The notes under the pieces: generated by a model
What the model was told of the DNA's origin: nothing
The model's database searches: none
Seen by the model: only the letters and a program-made list of their open reading frames with translations
Translations under genes and position numbers: made by a program
Source: Octopus vulgaris
Taxonomy: Eukaryota
NCBI GenBank assembly: GCA_951406725.2
Contig: OX597838.1
Location: forward strand, 4,092,001 to 4,156,000
Length of the DNA: 64,000 bases
Direction of reading: 5' to 3'
In this document: positions 32,769-48,279 of the stretch, piece after piece
How positions within the stretch are numbered: position 1 is the stretch's first letter
Layout of the letters: each line of letters starts with the position of its first letter

Positions 32769-35700
32769 TTACATATATAATGCAAATGTGATTATTACAT
32801 TGTATATTTTGCATTGGATTTCTACTTTTATTACATTGTAATACATATAGTTCAACTCTAAATTTAAAAATTTATTTTTTCTGAGCAGCCCAGTCCAAAT
32901 GACCCACAGTACAGTACTGGTCCACAGGCCAGTGGTTGGGACCCCTGGTTTAAGGGGCATTTCTACAAACACACTATTGCTCAAGTAGTGTCAATGTAAG
33001 GATAAATTTGAAAGAGAGTTAATTTAGATCACAGTGGCAATCTTAGTCAGATTGTTGACATGAAAGGGGTTACAGAAACAACAACAGTTGAAGTTCTTAA
33101 TGCTCAACCAGGATTAAAAAAAAGGACCAATATGCAATAGGGTCTTGTCAGGTACAGAGTTAATCTCCAGGTCTGTAATGCTAAGATGTTAGCAGCTTCA
33201 TGTCCAACAAACCTTAGTCTAGCCTTGCTACCTAAAAATTCAGTACCATCATTAGCAGAGCTGCAAAGACAGCTACTCAGCTCCCACTATTCCAGTGTCA
33301 TGCACTGCTGCCAAAACTTGTAACCATCTAAAATTTAGTATAAAAAGTGCATTATATAAACTTACAGTCCACATACTTCTAGAGGGCATCTCTCTATGCC
33401 TTGGATAGATGTAGAAATATTGCAAGGGATAATGTGACTTGGAAAATGTAGAGAATAGAATTAAACCAACACTAAATTCAATTTTCAAACCTGCAATTTT
33501 ATATTCAAGTAAAACTGTAAACAGCAATTACAGCATGGAAGACTCGCATAAACCATACAAAAACACACAAAGATGTTAATTTAAACACTATTTGATGTCA
33601 AAATTTATGTTGTGCCAATTGTGACCTGATCAAGGACAAGATGCAGTGGAATTGCATCACTGATTAGGTCGCAGTTGGTGAGAAGAAAATTTTGATGCCA
33701 AATAACATGTTTAAGTGAAAAGTCTTTGCCTGTATTTTTGAATGGTTAATATGTGTTTTCGATGCTGTAATTGTTTATTAGTAACAAACACAGAGAGCAA
33801 ATCACTTTGCCTGGCAAGTACAACTCTGTAACTGTAGAGTTCGCTCCCTTCTCTCCTTCAAACGTGAACCAAATGCAGACAGAGCAGAATGAAGATAGAT
33901 TATAAAAGGGGGAAATCTCAACTACCAGACATGGTTTTTATATCCAAGAAACTTAACAGCAGTCAACCTAGATCTAGGAATTCCACACGGGGTTGAGTAT
34001 CCACAGTAAAATTAGCATGGAGTTGAGTTCAATATCTCATGCACGAAAGAAAAAGAAAAAAAAAACCTGAGATAGCTTGGGAGCTTATTCACATTTACTT
34101 AATTCTGGTGGGAGAAAAAAAAGAACTCAGTGGACTGCAGGCAACTCTGAAGGGACATATTGTCATGACAACTGATAAGTCATTTGCTGGTTTACAATTG
34201 TGAGCAAAAGTTGTACATTGATCAGTTTAGACACACACACACAGAGTCTGTTGCATTATTTTGGCAACTGTCAACTGACTCAAAAAAAAAAAAAAAATTG
34301 GCAGGCTCACTACTTTCAAATGGCTTTAATTATTTCATGTAACCCTACTGAGGCATTCAATAAGTGGAATCAGCCAACTAGAACTGAAGAAATCATAAGT
34401 CGTTCAATGCCAACACAAATTGTACAGGACACCAGTAGAATGTCACTGAAAGACAAATCAGGATTTCTATTCTAAGACCCAAACCATTATAGAGACCAAT
34501 ACTACGACATTTTGCAAAACCATGTGCAAAAAACTGCAACAGCACTGCACCATGCAAAAACGTACTCAGTCACAACACTGCATTAGCTACAAGTTGCAGC
34601 AATATCAACCAGACTGCATTATATACAACCTGCTACACAACATCATCAAAACAATGGAATAGGCAAAACTGAAGCATAATTTTCATATCATGTGTACACA
34701 CACACACACACATTTAGAAAGACATTGAAGCACCAAGCCTCCAATACTATAATGAGTGCCTGTTGTTATGGTTGCGTAAGTTAAACTAAATAGGTTTAAG
34801 CTGATTTGCCAACTCTCACCTGCTTCTCAAAGTTAATTACTCCAAGTTCTTTGGACACATTTTCACAGAATGACTGTGGAATTTGCTTACAATTAGAACA
34901 TTATGTCAAAACATGAACACACACACACACACAAATAAATAACAGGCTTTTTTCAGTTTCCATCAATCAAATCTGCTCATAAAGCTTTTATTAGTCAGGA
35001 GCTATAGAGGATATTTGCCCAAGGAACCCTGCAATGGGATGAACTCAAAAACTACACAGTTAGGAAGCAAATAGCCATGTCTGCACTCATACACAGACAT
35101 CATCTTTTTGTGTGTATGTGTGTGCGTGCATGCATGCGCACAGTTAAAAACGAAGCTATTACAGTAACCCTTTTTTGTTATTCTATTTCTATGGAGATAG
35201 ATTACCTTTATTTCAACTGGTTTTTAAAATAAGGAAAAAAAAATTTTAATAAATGCCATTATTAAGATGGAGTTTGGAAAAATAAATATGGAATTTTGAT
35301 GGGAGGTGTTAATTTAGATCACTCTGAAACAGGGAGTCTGTATCGCTGCTTCAGGGGCAGTTCCAAGCAGATTGGTTATTTACTTTATTGTGTTAATTAA
35401 AGACACCAATCATCTGAACCAGATATTTTGCCCCTTGTTCATTGGTTCTTTATAAATCCTTTACATGTGAAATATTTCTTATCTGAGAAGCACTAATTAT
35501 ATAACACAAGCTCTGCAAATTAACAAATTATTTTACTGCCAAATTGTGCAATTACAGTTCTTTCAACCAACACACGACTGGCTGCAACTGAAATATGACA
35601 TTTCACTTCATTTTCTTTCTTCCAATAGCTTTTTGGTTTTAATTCAACTGTTAGCCAGCACTAAGTCACTAGTGTCATGTAGGTAGTAAAAAGTCCTGGC

Positions 35701-35954
35701 GTCACATAAAAAGTACTTGGTATTCACTGCACAGTGGCTGGTATTATGAAGGATGTCCAACTGTAGAAATGAAACCAAAAACAGACTATGGAACCTGGTG
35801 GAGCTCCTGCCAAACCATCCAAACCCATGTCAGTATGGAAATCAGACAAATGATGATGTAAAACCAAGCTACTGTTTTAGTGTGCTAATTAGATCTAAGT
35901 ATGGGATATTTCAGGTATCTCCTCTACACCAAGATACCTGTTTGTGCTTTGTGT

Positions 35955-36355
35955 CTTCATCATCATCATCGTTCAACATCCACTTTCCATGCTGGCATGG
36001 GTTGGACAGACTGACAGAGGCCTGGCAAGCCAGGAGGCTGCACCAGACTCCAGTCTGGTCTGGCAATGTTTCCACAGCTGGATGTCCTTCCTAACGCCAA
36101 CCACTCTGAGAGTTTAGTAGGTGCTTTTTACACACCACTGGCACGGGGGCCAGTCAGGTGGCACTGGCCTCAACCATGCTCAAATGGTGCTTTTTTTCAT
36201 CTCTCTAACCACCTCCCTCAATACTATTCTCCATTCAGTTGAGGGCTCTTGTCTTGCAAGTCACTCAGCAACTGTACTGGTGCTATGTAAAAAGCACCCT
36301 ACTCCTCCCTGTCAAACCATCCAGCCAGGGAAACGGGTGTTAAATGATGATGATG
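35955..36355. mobile_element. SINE family C copies
   Basis: Consensus match including ctggatgtccttcctaacgccaaccac. Confidence 0.8.
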
Positions 36356-37632
36356 ATAATAATCATCATTTCCCATCCATTACTTTTCTCTACTGGTATC
36401 AGCTGGACAAGATTTCTTGAAATATTCTTTGGCTGTCAGCCCTTCTTGATACCAACCTTTGTTTTTAAGTAAGGTAATATTGTCCCACATCTTTGCAGGT
36501 CAAACTACTGCTAGATATTTCGTTTATGGGAGAACCTAAAAACATGTGAACACACACACACACACAATGGACTTCCTTACAGTTTCCATCTACAAAATCA
36601 AATGCTTCTTTCAGACATTTCATTTCCACTGCACTGAGTTAATTCATACAAAACAGATTGTATGAGCTGCTATATATACACACACACACACACACACTAA
36701 ATAGGTAAATAGCAGATACTTAAAATTACCCTTAATTCCCTTTAACCAAAATGCTCAAATGTGCCACTTTAATAAACTGCTGCATAAATACAAGAGCCCC
36801 AAGTGAGAGCCAGCAAATCTTGTTTGGTTGAAAGCGCAGTACTTAACTAAATGAATTATTTAGAAGATGAATAAAAGGTTGTTGCAAAAATTACTGTTTT
36901 TCTTAATTTTAAACTGATACTAACAATTTAACTGCATTTGACAGTTTTCCTTGCTAGCACGAGGCAGAGAGTTCGATAAGATCCAACAAGTTGGATCTTA
37001 TTGAACTGATGTGCTTCAACGTCTACCTTGGCATGGTTTCTACAACTTGATGTCCTTCTTCACACCAAGCACTTTATGCAGTGTACGGATGGTGGGGGCT
37101 GCTGGTGTTATGCAGCAACTAGTGAAGTTTTCATGTAACTGGCAAGACTGGAGAACTTTCTCAAAAGAGTGGGGTTCTTTATGTTAGATGTTGAGAGGAT
37201 AAAATATGAAAAACAGGACGGGAACAGGAGATACATGACTACTTTACCAGCTTACTCTTCCTCCTCCTCCTACTGCTGCTGCTCTCTGAAACTACAGCCA
37301 TTTTCCTAACATTTCACATCTCAATACCCTACAAAAGGAAACCCTCAACAACAGCAGCTTCAGGGAACTCCAGAATTTTCTGCTAACGGAATAGACTTCT
37401 TTTATGCATGTAGATTCTATAGCTATTAATTTGATTAAACCAAGATGTATATTGCTTTAAATCAATTGTTTTTGCACCAATGTTACATTAAAAATGCAAA
37501 CGTTCTAAGTCATTTCTAATAAGCACAAGATTCCAGTCGTGATTCCATCAATTTGTTCACCAGAGCCTGAAACTAATTCTGTCAGAGTCTACATAAACCA
37601 GCAAAGGCAAAAAGCACTTCCATTAAGTCTTA

Positions 37633-37797
<165 letters not shown>

Positions 37798-39889
37798 CTA
37801 CCTTAGATGTCATTCCACAGAGGGAGAAGTAATCTAAGTAGCAATGATAAAGGGGGAAATCTTCTGAAATGAAAAGAATAAATTAAAAAGATTAGCGATA
37901 GTTTTTCAGTTGTCAAAATTAAGAAATCTTTGGTTCTTTGATCCCCCATTACCTTCCACAGAACAATGTTTGAACTCTTCTGTTCCTAAAACTATATTTC
38001 AGATGGAACTTACAGTGCTACTAACCACAAATTATGTAGATTGTAACTGGGTAGAGACAACCCCTACTTTTAATGCAAAAGCCTCTAAACAGTTGTTAAT
38101 TTTGAATAATATGGTGAAATTTCCAAACTTGTTACTCCCTAATATATCCTAATATCACACTGAAGTTCACAATTCCTAAACATTAGTAAAGTCAGAATAA
38201 CAAGATTACTTCCTTTCACCAATTACCTCAGAGATCATCAGAGCCACTCAACATGGCCTCCTCTAGATTAACAAGACAAAAGTCTGGGCTCAGGCAAGTT
38301 GGGACAGAAATTATTAGATGACAACTGAGAAGATGGTAATAAGTATGACTGTGTGCTCAATAAGTTCACTCTGCAACTCCATGGCTTTGAGTTCAAATCT
38401 ACTATACATCCTTAATGTCAGTAAAAATTTGTAGAGAGAAATTCCATGGAAACCCACCATAGAGGTCCCTGTTCTTCTAAGTTGGTAGACTTCCCCTGTC
38501 TCCCTGTCTTGATCCTTGTGATGCCTTTAACAGAGTCCACTCTGTTGCAGGAATTTAGGTCAAGTCTGCAGTCTGAGGATAACTTCTTTCCATCGGTCTC
38601 AGCCATTCTGAATAGGATTGTGGAAACTACCCTTCCTTGTCTGACCAAACCATTAAAAAAAATAAAATTTAAAAAATGGACCCAAGTGTTACTTGCAAAG
38701 ACAAAATTGCAAATTTAGATGAGGGCTGTTACTTCCATTCTATAAATGAATTAGTACCTTTAGATGGATCAGAGAAGCAGAATTGAGGCTGTACCAGAGG
38801 AAATATCTTAAACAGTTGGCTTGAATATCATTATATTCAGTTTCAAGCCCCACTGATGTCTTGAACTTGCCCTTTCATCTAGCCCAGTGTTAAAATATAG
38901 AGACCAATCCAATCTATTATAAACCACCACCCATGAATTTGAAGCATTCTGTCAACCCTTCTCTTTATTTCTAATGAAAGTAGGTTTCGGGAGGGTTTCA
39001 TTAAAATTTCTCTTACTTTATACACTGATATGTTTTAAGTTATGTTGACAACTGAAATCTCTTTGATATCACAATATCATCCAGGTTTTAATTTAACTAA
39101 CATTTTAGTTTGGGTAGTCACGGGTGCATTGCTATTAAAAGAGTTAATTTAAAAACCATAATTAACAACATATATATATATACATGTATATATCTCAATT
39201 TCTTATGTTCAGTTTCAAACTACACAAAAATCAAACTCCTGAAATCCAAAAAGCTTCATCATAAACCAGTTTCCTCCTTAATGAGGTTTACCTGTAATCC
39301 AGTGCACCTTTTTATTAGTCTATGCCGTTCACATAAAACCCATGTCGGTCACAGTACTTTCAAGCAAAGACATGCCTGATACCGCTGCAGTTACACTGCA
39401 CACCATCAAACAGACTGCAATGTGAGAGGATAAATGAAAGGTAAGACAGCTGAAGTGAGGTGTGACAGTGAGACCCAACAGATAATTACTCCTAATCCTC
39501 ATCAATTTACAGTAATGAGTTACTAAGTGGAGTTTGTGATAATGACTAGAGTGTAAAAGAAGACAACATGCCATGCAGACCTCTAAACTTAAGCACTCTT
39601 TCACAAGTATGTCTCACTGTTCAGCCACTTGAGTGGTTGACGTAGCAACAATAGCTTACCTTTCTACCAGCGGGTTATGTGTATCTAAGGTGTCAAGAAA
39701 GCCATCTCCACACGGTGAGCTAGAGTCTATTAAACAGTAGTTTACAGGGGGTTCCAAACTTTGAAACACTCTGGAATCTGAAACAAGCATTTTAAATAAG
39801 GAATGCTCAACCTATTTTCACAAAACTCAACATCAGAAAGCAACAATAGTACAAAAATGTTCAGAGAAAAGAGAGTAAAAGGTACTTAC

Positions 39890-39921
39890 TGGACCCATAA
39901 TGGTAGCCTGCCAGTGAAATA
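39890..39921 (-). CDS. UBE2D: UBE2D coding exon 3 (LFHWQATIMGP)
   Basis: 32 nt, ttcttgcag acceptor, GTAAGT donor, phase-consistent. Confidence 0.97.
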
Positions 39922-40489
39922 CTGCAAGAAAAAAATTACTTTAATTAATAAAAAAAATTTTTTTTAAATGCTTATTTGACAACTGTTTAATATCAAAAAT
40001 GTAACCTTAAATATAATTAATATAATGCTATTTGAACAAAATTATAAGGAAAACATTTCAAATTTATACAGAACAGAATTAGCTACAGATTCCAAAAATC
40101 GAACAGTAATGGAATTGTTTATAGAAACTTCTATTGAATCAAAATAGGAATTGTTAGTTTATCTCATGACCAACCGAGGAATTGTGTTGCTGACTAAATG
40201 ATTATGCAAATGTTTTATCAGCATCATAAACATGAAATATCTTTGAAGATTTTTTTTTCTACAGTCATGTTGTCAGTACAGTTGTTGTATAAAGCAAAAC
40301 TGGAATTTACTGGTCAAAAAATGTACAAGCCAACTGTATTACATTCCACTGTATATAAAAACCTTCAAACTGCTTTCAAAATCGAAGGTTCTCTATCATT
40401 TGTAGAAAGGGGATCAAGGGATAGCTATGCAGATGTCAAAATATCTCCCCTCCACCAACATATAAACTAACAAATAATGATAAGGATTA

Positions 40490-40930
40490 TAATTTTGGCA
40501 CAAGACCACCAAATTTGAGGAGGAGGGAACAAGTTGATTACATCAACCCCCAGTAGCTGACAGATACTTATTTTTTTCCATTCTTGAAAAAAACAATGAA
40601 AGGCAAAGTCAACTTTAGTCGAATTTGAACTCAGAGCATAAAGAGCTGGAAGAAATGACACTAAGCATTTCGTCCTACACACCAATGATTCGGTCAGCTC
40701 ACCACTTTACGACTACTACAAATAATAATAATTATCTTTTCTACTCTAGGCACAAGGCTCGAAATTTTGGGGAGAGGGAGCCAGTACACAACTGGTACTT
40801 AATTTATCAAGCCTGAAAGGATGAATGGCAAAGTCGACCTCAACGGAATTTGAACTCAGAACGTTAAGACAGACAAAATACCACTAAGCATTCCGCCTAC
40901 CAGGCTAACGTTTCTGGCAGCTTGCCGCCT
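40490..40930 (-). mobile_element. Two SINE family A copies
   Basis: Consensus match. Confidence 0.85.
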
Positions 40931-42593
40931 TACTAATAATGATAACAACTCTGCCTAACCTTCTCTTGATTTCATCTAAACTTCATATCATATCGTTATT
41001 GTGCTGTTCTCCCAACTACCAATCACTGGTGTTCCATTTCATTTACACACCTGTACCACCACACGACCAGGGTCACTTACTAAAACTAATCTGTGCCACC
41101 AGGTAAAAAAAAAAAAAAAAAGCAGATGTTAAAACAAGTAATACTATGGTATAAAGCTGCTCAACGAAGCACTTCGGAGCAACCCTTTAATTAACTCTCA
41201 CACCTTTAATCAGAGAGCATGTTGTACACTCCACTAAGCTCATCATACGGCACACTGTTGCAGAAAAAGAACAAAAACATGGCATTTGTGTCTTGTCTGT
41301 ATATTAACAAAATTTACGTTGGGGGTGACAGTAGAAGGGAGATAGTTAAAGTAGTTCTCAGACAGGAAGTGGGAGGTTCATGAACTCCAGATTTGGGGTC
41401 TAGTGTGCTAAAAGTATTTTGCAGTTATTTAAGTGTTTGTCAAGATTAAATAAAAGAGAGTTATATAAATAAAGAGTTCCCGTATCTTTGTCGTATGTTG
41501 TTTGAACATTTAAAGTTTGTAGGTGACTGGGTATGCAAGTTCTAGAAGCTACGAGGATGGATGGTGCAACAATATAACTGTCATTTGTCAAGTTAAGAAA
41601 TATGATGAAATATTAACCTCAAGTGGTTTTAATTTAGGAGTAATAAATCTTAAGCAAGAAATCAGATCAATGTTAAATTGCACTAGAGATTGTACAAGAT
41701 TGGATGAGGCAGAAACAACATTCCGAAAAGATTTGAGAATGAAAACCAAAAAAAGAAAAAAAGTGCTTTAAGATTTTATGTTAGTAAACCAAACTGATGA
41801 AGGACATTAGGTAGAGTAGCAAAAATAATTATAATTATGTAGAATAATAGAAAAAAAGTGAAGATATCAATTAGATTTCAAAGTTTCTTCATAAACAGGT
41901 GTCTTTTACTTGAAAATCAATTGACAAACTTTGTAAAACAATAAGGTTTAGAATGTTACAGGAAAGAATTGCTAAATGGATTCTTCAAACTCAGCCAACA
42001 TGTAGGACCTCGGGGTAGAGCAAGAACAAAATGGTTGGATATTAGTCCATAGACGCAGTTGGTCATCCTTGGGAATTGAGCAGAAAACTGCAAAGATGGC
42101 AGCTGCTTATTGAATATTACAAGAGGATGAGTCTGAGGACTACACCCCCACAACCCACCCACTCCTGGAATAGTGGGTGGGGATAGATGAAAGAAGCAGC
42201 AGGAGATAATACAAGATGGTACTGTGTTGGTGGTACTAATAATATCTTTCATTCAATACACCAAAGCACTTTTAGCTACATGAATAAAGAATAAAGTTAT
42301 TGGTGCTACATCAAGCATTTTTAATTCTAGGAGCAGATATTTTACAAGTGGACATCAACTGATTACTGGTTATTGAACAGTGAATTTCTAACCTATTTTC
42401 AAACACGCAAACACGTTGCAAGTATAAGCAACATAAAAAAAAAGTCATCCACGAGTGATTTGTAATAAAAAGTTTTAAAATAATCATGCAAAAACCACTT
42501 TTATCATTCACAAGCCTGTAAGGAACCCTCTATGTAATCTAAAATAACGAAATGCTCTCAAATCACAGCCTACCAACTTTAAAAAAAAAGACA

Positions 42594-42803
42594 GGTGCTG
42601 AAAGGTTCCTGGCTTTAAGGGTATTGCAAAAGGCCTTGTTAGAGGCCCAACTTTTAAGTCCTTTTACAGGGCTAAGAAAATCTGAAGGGACTGCTGTATT
42701 GAGTGCATGAATCTAAGAGAATATGTTGTATAAAATCATAACTGACTGATCCTCCTGTATTTTCTTTAACCCAAAGCCAAGAACTTTTCAGCACCCCCTC
42801 GTA
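42594..42803. mobile_element. Mariner-derived MITE
   Basis: About 23-bp TIRs ggtgctgaaaggttcctggcttt / aaagccaagaacttttcagcacc(ccctcgta); right end terminates in CCCTCG-TA. Confidence 0.75.
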
Positions 42804-43129
42804 CTACATTAGTCAATGTTAACCTAGATATATAACAACATGGTCATGACAAAAATAACTTTAAAATAACATTGTTTAGTTTTTAATGACAATGCTGATG
42901 ATTAAATGTTGCTTTCTGTTTATCTAATCAATTATAATTCAAAAGAGTATGGCATAATGCAATTTTTGGCTGTCCTATTAAGGTCACACAATGAAAAGTC
43001 ACTTCATTGAAGACCATTTTAGAACCGAGTATTTTAATTTCCATGCATCTCCTCCACAGCAAAATCCTGTCCCTCTCAACACCTGGCACAAAGCTACCCC
43101 TCCCAATACTGTATACACGCCACTATCAA

Positions 43130-43735
43130 GGGCTTATCTTGCAAGCTACTGGTAATCTCACTAGTGCCGGTGCCATGAAAAAAAGCACCCAGTACACACA
43201 CTTTATAAAATGGTTGGCATTAGGAAGGATATCAAGCCAAAGAAGACACCAATGCAGTCCTCTGGCTCCCTGGATCCTATCAAACTGTTCAACCCAAGCC
43301 AGTATGGAATGCATATGCTAAATAATGATAATACTATACTTACAAGACACACTATTAACAACTATTTCATTATATCATCTCTTGTGAGGAGTAAACAAAA
43401 ATGTTAAGCACACAATTCAAGTGTGATCGTTACCGCGTCACCTTACTAGCACTTGTGCTGGTGGTATGTGAAATATTCGAGTGAGGTCATCGCCAGTGCC
43501 GCTGGACTGGCTCCTGTGCAGGTGGCACATGAAAAGCACCATTTGAGTGTGGCCATTGCCAGTACCACCAAACTGGCACGTAAAAGCACCCACTACACTC
43601 TCGGAGTGGTTAGCATTAGGAAGGGCATCCAGCTGTAGAAACTCTACCAGATCAGATTGGAGTCTGGTTCGCCAGACCTCAGTCAAATCGTCCAGCCCAT
43701 GCTAGCATGGAAAGCGGACGTTAAATGATGATGAT
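43130..43735 (+). mobile_element. SINE family C copies
   Basis: aaaagcaccc..ggcattaggaagggcatccagctgtagaaac..(GAT)n tail. Confidence 0.85.
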
Positions 43736-43959
43736 ATCATCAAGAATTGTCCAACAGCAGAAACTTTAAATGGATTTTACAGTTAACGGCTGTTGAAGTT
43801 GAAGACTTAGAAACTGATGCTCACTTTGCTGTAAAGATCTTGGATAAAACTGGCAGCAATATTGTGACCTTTTTTTCAGTCAAACCAGCCGTGGAAAAAC
43901 TACTGAAAGGGCAAATCAATATATCCACCATTTGCTGATGAAGATCAGGAAAACGACTA

Positions 43960-44560
43960 CCACTGGCATTTTCATAAAATGTCCAACAAAAATACTTCTA
44001 TCAGCAAGTTGGTGTCACAACCAATCAACAATCAAGTAAAATGGTTTTGTCTGGTAAGACAGGTTACATGTGAAAACAAATCCTCTACGAAAAGAAGACG
44101 TCCATAATTAGTTCCCTCAACAGCACAAGAACTGGACATTATCAAACTGGTCGCAAATCTTGTAAGATTAACCAAAATTTAATTTGTTCACCTTCATGTC
44201 TTACAGGAGAATTTCGCCCAGAGTGGACAAATCTGACAGTTAAGCATGATGGTGGGAAGGTTATGGTTTTCAGGATGTTTGTCAAAAAAAGGAGGCCAGC
44301 CTCATACATCAAATCAAGAGCACCATTAACAAAGCAGCTTAGAGGGAGGCCTTGGAAAAGTCAATTTCAATTGCCAAAAGTGATATGGGCCACACATTGA
44401 ATTTTTTTTTAGCATGATGACAACTAGAAACACATTGCAGGAATAATGAAGGAATTCATTAGTGACAAAAACAGGAACAGTCCAAATATTGTAGGGGTCA
44501 ATAAAATCCCAATATTTAAATCTGCACAATGGAAACAAGTGCTATGAGCATTGAAAAAGG
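43960..44560 (+). mobile_element. Degraded Tc1-family transposase remnant
   Basis: TVKHDGGKVMVF (consensus TVKHGGGSVMVWG); remnants of FQHDNDPKH and SPDLNPIE downstream. Confidence 0.6.
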
Positions 44561-44629
44561 AAATCCAAAAACTGAGTTAACAGAATGATTATATTTAACA
44601 AACAAAGAGAGAGAGAGAGGCAATTCACA

Positions 44630-45030
44630 AGCTTTTCTACTCTAGGCACAAGGTCCAAAATTTTGGGGGAGGGGGCCAGTCGATTAAATCAACCCCAGTA
44701 CGCAACTGGTACTTAATTTATCAATCCCGAAAGGATGAAAGGCAAAGTCAACCTTGGTGGAATTCGAACTCAGAATGTAAAGACAGACTAAATACCTATT
44801 TCTTTACTACCCACAAGGGGCTAAACACAGAGAGGACAAACAAGGACAGACAAACGGATTAAGTCAATTACATCGACCTCAGTGCATAACTGATACTTAA
44901 TTTATCGACCCTGAAAGGATGAAAGGCAAAGTCGACCTTGGCGAAATTTGAACTCAGAACATAGCGGCAGATGAAATACCGCTAAGCATTTCGTCCGGCA
45001 TGCTAACGATTCTGCCAGCTCGCTGTCTTA
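44630..45030 (-). mobile_element. Two SINE family A copies
   Basis: Consensus match. Confidence 0.88.
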
Positions 45031-45889
45031 GGAAATTCACAATAAGGTAATCAAACATATGATTTCAATACCTAGGAGACGAAATTCCATTTTCAGAAAT
45101 TTTAGTTACCTGACCGACTTTCAATGCTACACAATTATATTTTTCACCATCTTTATCATACACAATTATATTTTATTGGAGGGGAGAGAAAAAAAAAAGA
45201 AAAAGGTTTTAAATGGTCTAAAATTAAAACTCAATTTGCAGTGCTGTTGACACTATCAGTATTTATATTAGGCTAAATAAAAATTTTCATATTTAAAAGA
45301 CTTTCTATTCATATGTAAATAGGATTAACATTAAATAGGATTAATATTTAATTACCAGTACAACACCAACTTTCTGGACAATGATGGTGCAGATTACTTC
45401 ATTATCCATAGTAACTTACAAGCAGGAACTTCAAATTCCTGTGGCTACCAAACTAGTTTACTAATTACCTTACACAGTACAGTATTAATAAACTTGTATC
45501 ACTTATACAAATGTAAAGGTACCTGTATTTCATTTATGTAAATCTGATATTTAGTTCTGAGTGTGTTGTCTGAAGTGACCATTCTTGATTCAGGAATGAT
45601 CAGTGATTTCGGAAAGCCCTTGGCCACCAAATGTTACAGAAAACTGATGTTGTATGTGTATTAGTATATTCTGGTCTTCAAGTAGTGCCAATGTGTGTCT
45701 GCTCAACCAGGGATAATCTGTGACAAAATAACTATTTAATCAACAGAGGCAAAGCAGAAGTTACTTCAATTTTAGCTTCCTTATTAAACATTAGGCTCCA
45801 TAGAATTTGTTCTTGTGTTTATGGTCTTAATAACAGCATGAGGCCATGGATTGAACATATGCAATACAATAACTCTCCAAGTATTTTTT

Positions 45890-46100
45890 TCTATTCTAGG
45901 CACAAAGCTCTAAATTTGGGGGGAGGGGCCCAGTCGATTAGATCAACCCCGGTACGCAACTGATACTTAATTTATTGACCTCGAAAGGATGAAAGACAAA
46001 GCTGACCTTGGCGGAATTTGAACTCAGAACATAAAAACAGATGAAATACCGCTAAGTATTTTGCTTGGCATGCTAACGTTTCTGCTAGCTCACCACCTTC
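45890..46100 (-). mobile_element. SINE family A
   Basis: Consensus match. Confidence 0.85.
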
Positions 46101-47379
46101 AGCTCACCAAGTATTATTTCATCTACAATGTTCCACACTTTCAAATCTGTTCAATATGTGTGTATTTGTTCTGCTGCAAAAGACAGGCATGGTTCAGCTG
46201 AACAGACAGTGGCTATCCAAATCCCACTGACATGTGGTCACACTGAGATAGTTATTGCTGGATTACAATTAGGCAATAAGGACTGAAGAAAGAGGTGGTT
46301 GTTCATTCCCAAATTAACCCTGATCAAGTAGATTGTGATCATGGACTTTCCAGCTGTGACCATCCAGTATCTCCTTTCATCATCTGCTTGTTCCAGTCAT
46401 TGGACTACAACCATGCTGAAGCACCTATTTTTCTAAATTCTGGTATTTATTCTAACAGTCACTTTTGCCAAACTACTATCTTATGAGGGACATGAACAAA
46501 CCAACACTGGTTGTCAAGTAGGGGGAAAGAAACACACACACACAAGAGTTTTTGTCTACCAAATTCACTCACAAGACATTGGCTATGAAGTTTCTAGAAC
46601 TATATTACACAATGCTTTTATTTTTCTTTCTAAAAACTGCCGAGTATGACATGAGGAAAATTTAGCTGCTATTCTGAGCAGACTGAGCAACAATCAAGAA
46701 TGACCAACTTAAGAAAAGGTAGAACTAACAAAAGAAATGCTTGTGTGATGCAAGAATGCCACAATAGTATAAAAGCTCTTTTGAAAGCAATAATTTCTCC
46801 TTGTTAAAGAGGACACCTGGGTTTGAATCAAAAGGTTACTTTTAAAACATTATTCAGACCTAATGAAGACAATTACATTGTAAATCTAAAGAGAAACCAG
46901 AGCAATGCCAAAACTTTAAGCAAACAATTAGAAATATTAGCATAAAGTCGATTTGCTTAAGATTTATTGAAGAATTAAGGAAAAGCCCACCACTGAAATT
47001 TATTACGGAGGGAGTGAGAAGTAACAATATTAGCTAGCCATCAGATAAATGTCCCAGCAAATTCAAAACACTAGTTTCCGAGCAGCTAATGCGGAAGCCT
47101 CTTTGCAATCACTTGATTCACTAGAAACAGCATCCAATAGGAGAGAATACATTCTGTGTACACAGTTTGGAAAGGGGCAAAGATAGGCAAGACAGTCACA
47201 CCCAGAATGAATCAGAAGCGATGTTGTCAGGGATCAAAGCAACACGTACTAGTGTTCAAAATTAGGGGCTTATTTCCTTTACTAGAACTACACATGGTTC
47301 CTTTACCAATGGTGGAAAGGAAGGAAAAGTAAAGAACATTCCATTAGTTTAAAAAAAAGTCACAAATTATGATTACAGT

Positions 47380-47775
47380 CATAGCGTAACTAGAGAGGAG
47401 CAAGGGGGCATGTGTCCCCAGTGTTGATGGGGGAGGGGGACACCTCATCAAAAGCGAGAATGATGAGACTTTAAACAATTGTATTGTATTTTTCTTTTTT
47501 ATTACATCTCATTTCACACATTAGATTTTTTAATGTTTCAATTGGAGAAGCAGATGCATTGAACAGCTAAAATAGGGTTTCGTAAAAGTAAACATTCAAA
47601 AACCATATTTTGGATTACAGATGGTACCAAACTGGCAGGTAAATGAACCCTGTTAAAGTATTCATCCCTAAAATATTGCTTTAAAACATTAATTACTTTC
47701 TAATAATTATAATATAATATCATAGATTTTGTAAGGGGGAAGGGGGCGTTGTAGCTTGCCCCAGCAACGCCACTG
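47380..47775. mobile_element. hAT-type MITE with 8-bp TSD
   Basis: Exact ATTACAGT direct repeats at 47372-79 and 47776-83; imperfect TIRs catagcgtaac / gcaacgccactg. Confidence 0.75.
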
Positions 47776-48279
47776 ATTACAGTGACCACAGTGGTCTGTG
47801 GAAAACTCAAACCCTATTGCAACTATTTCGATGTAACTAAGCAAAGCACATTGTCCCGAGTAATGACCACTACACTTCAGACAATATTCAACAACTCACA
47901 ATTCATTCGCAATATCCTCCCACTTATATTGGTGTTTGAACCTCAAAGGTATGCCCTGGCACTTGCCACCATCTATATCTCTCTCTTCCTTTACTCAACC
48001 ATTCCATTTATATTCTGATCCCCTCCTTTGTGAATATGCCTGGCACTTTGCCACCATCTCTATCCTGCTGTCTCCCACTCTCTCTCTCTCTCCTGCATGT
48101 ATTTCCTTTGCGGCAGCGCACCTGTTTCTGTCTTCATTCCTGATCTCTCTCTGACCAGGTAACCTTGTGCCTCTATGGCAAGACACTTTTTTCTGTCTCT
48201 TTGTCTCATAATCTTTCATCTGACACAAAATCACCTCTGCCAATGCCCCCTTCCCCCTCAAAAGGATTTTTTTTTTTGG

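Noticed and set aside
41340-41780. 82-aa ORF with basic C-terminus
   Set aside because: No recognisable homology; intronic and antisense to UBE2D.
46808-46830. tRNA-Cys-like 3' fragment on the minus strand
   Set aside because: Only about 22 nt; cannot be supported.
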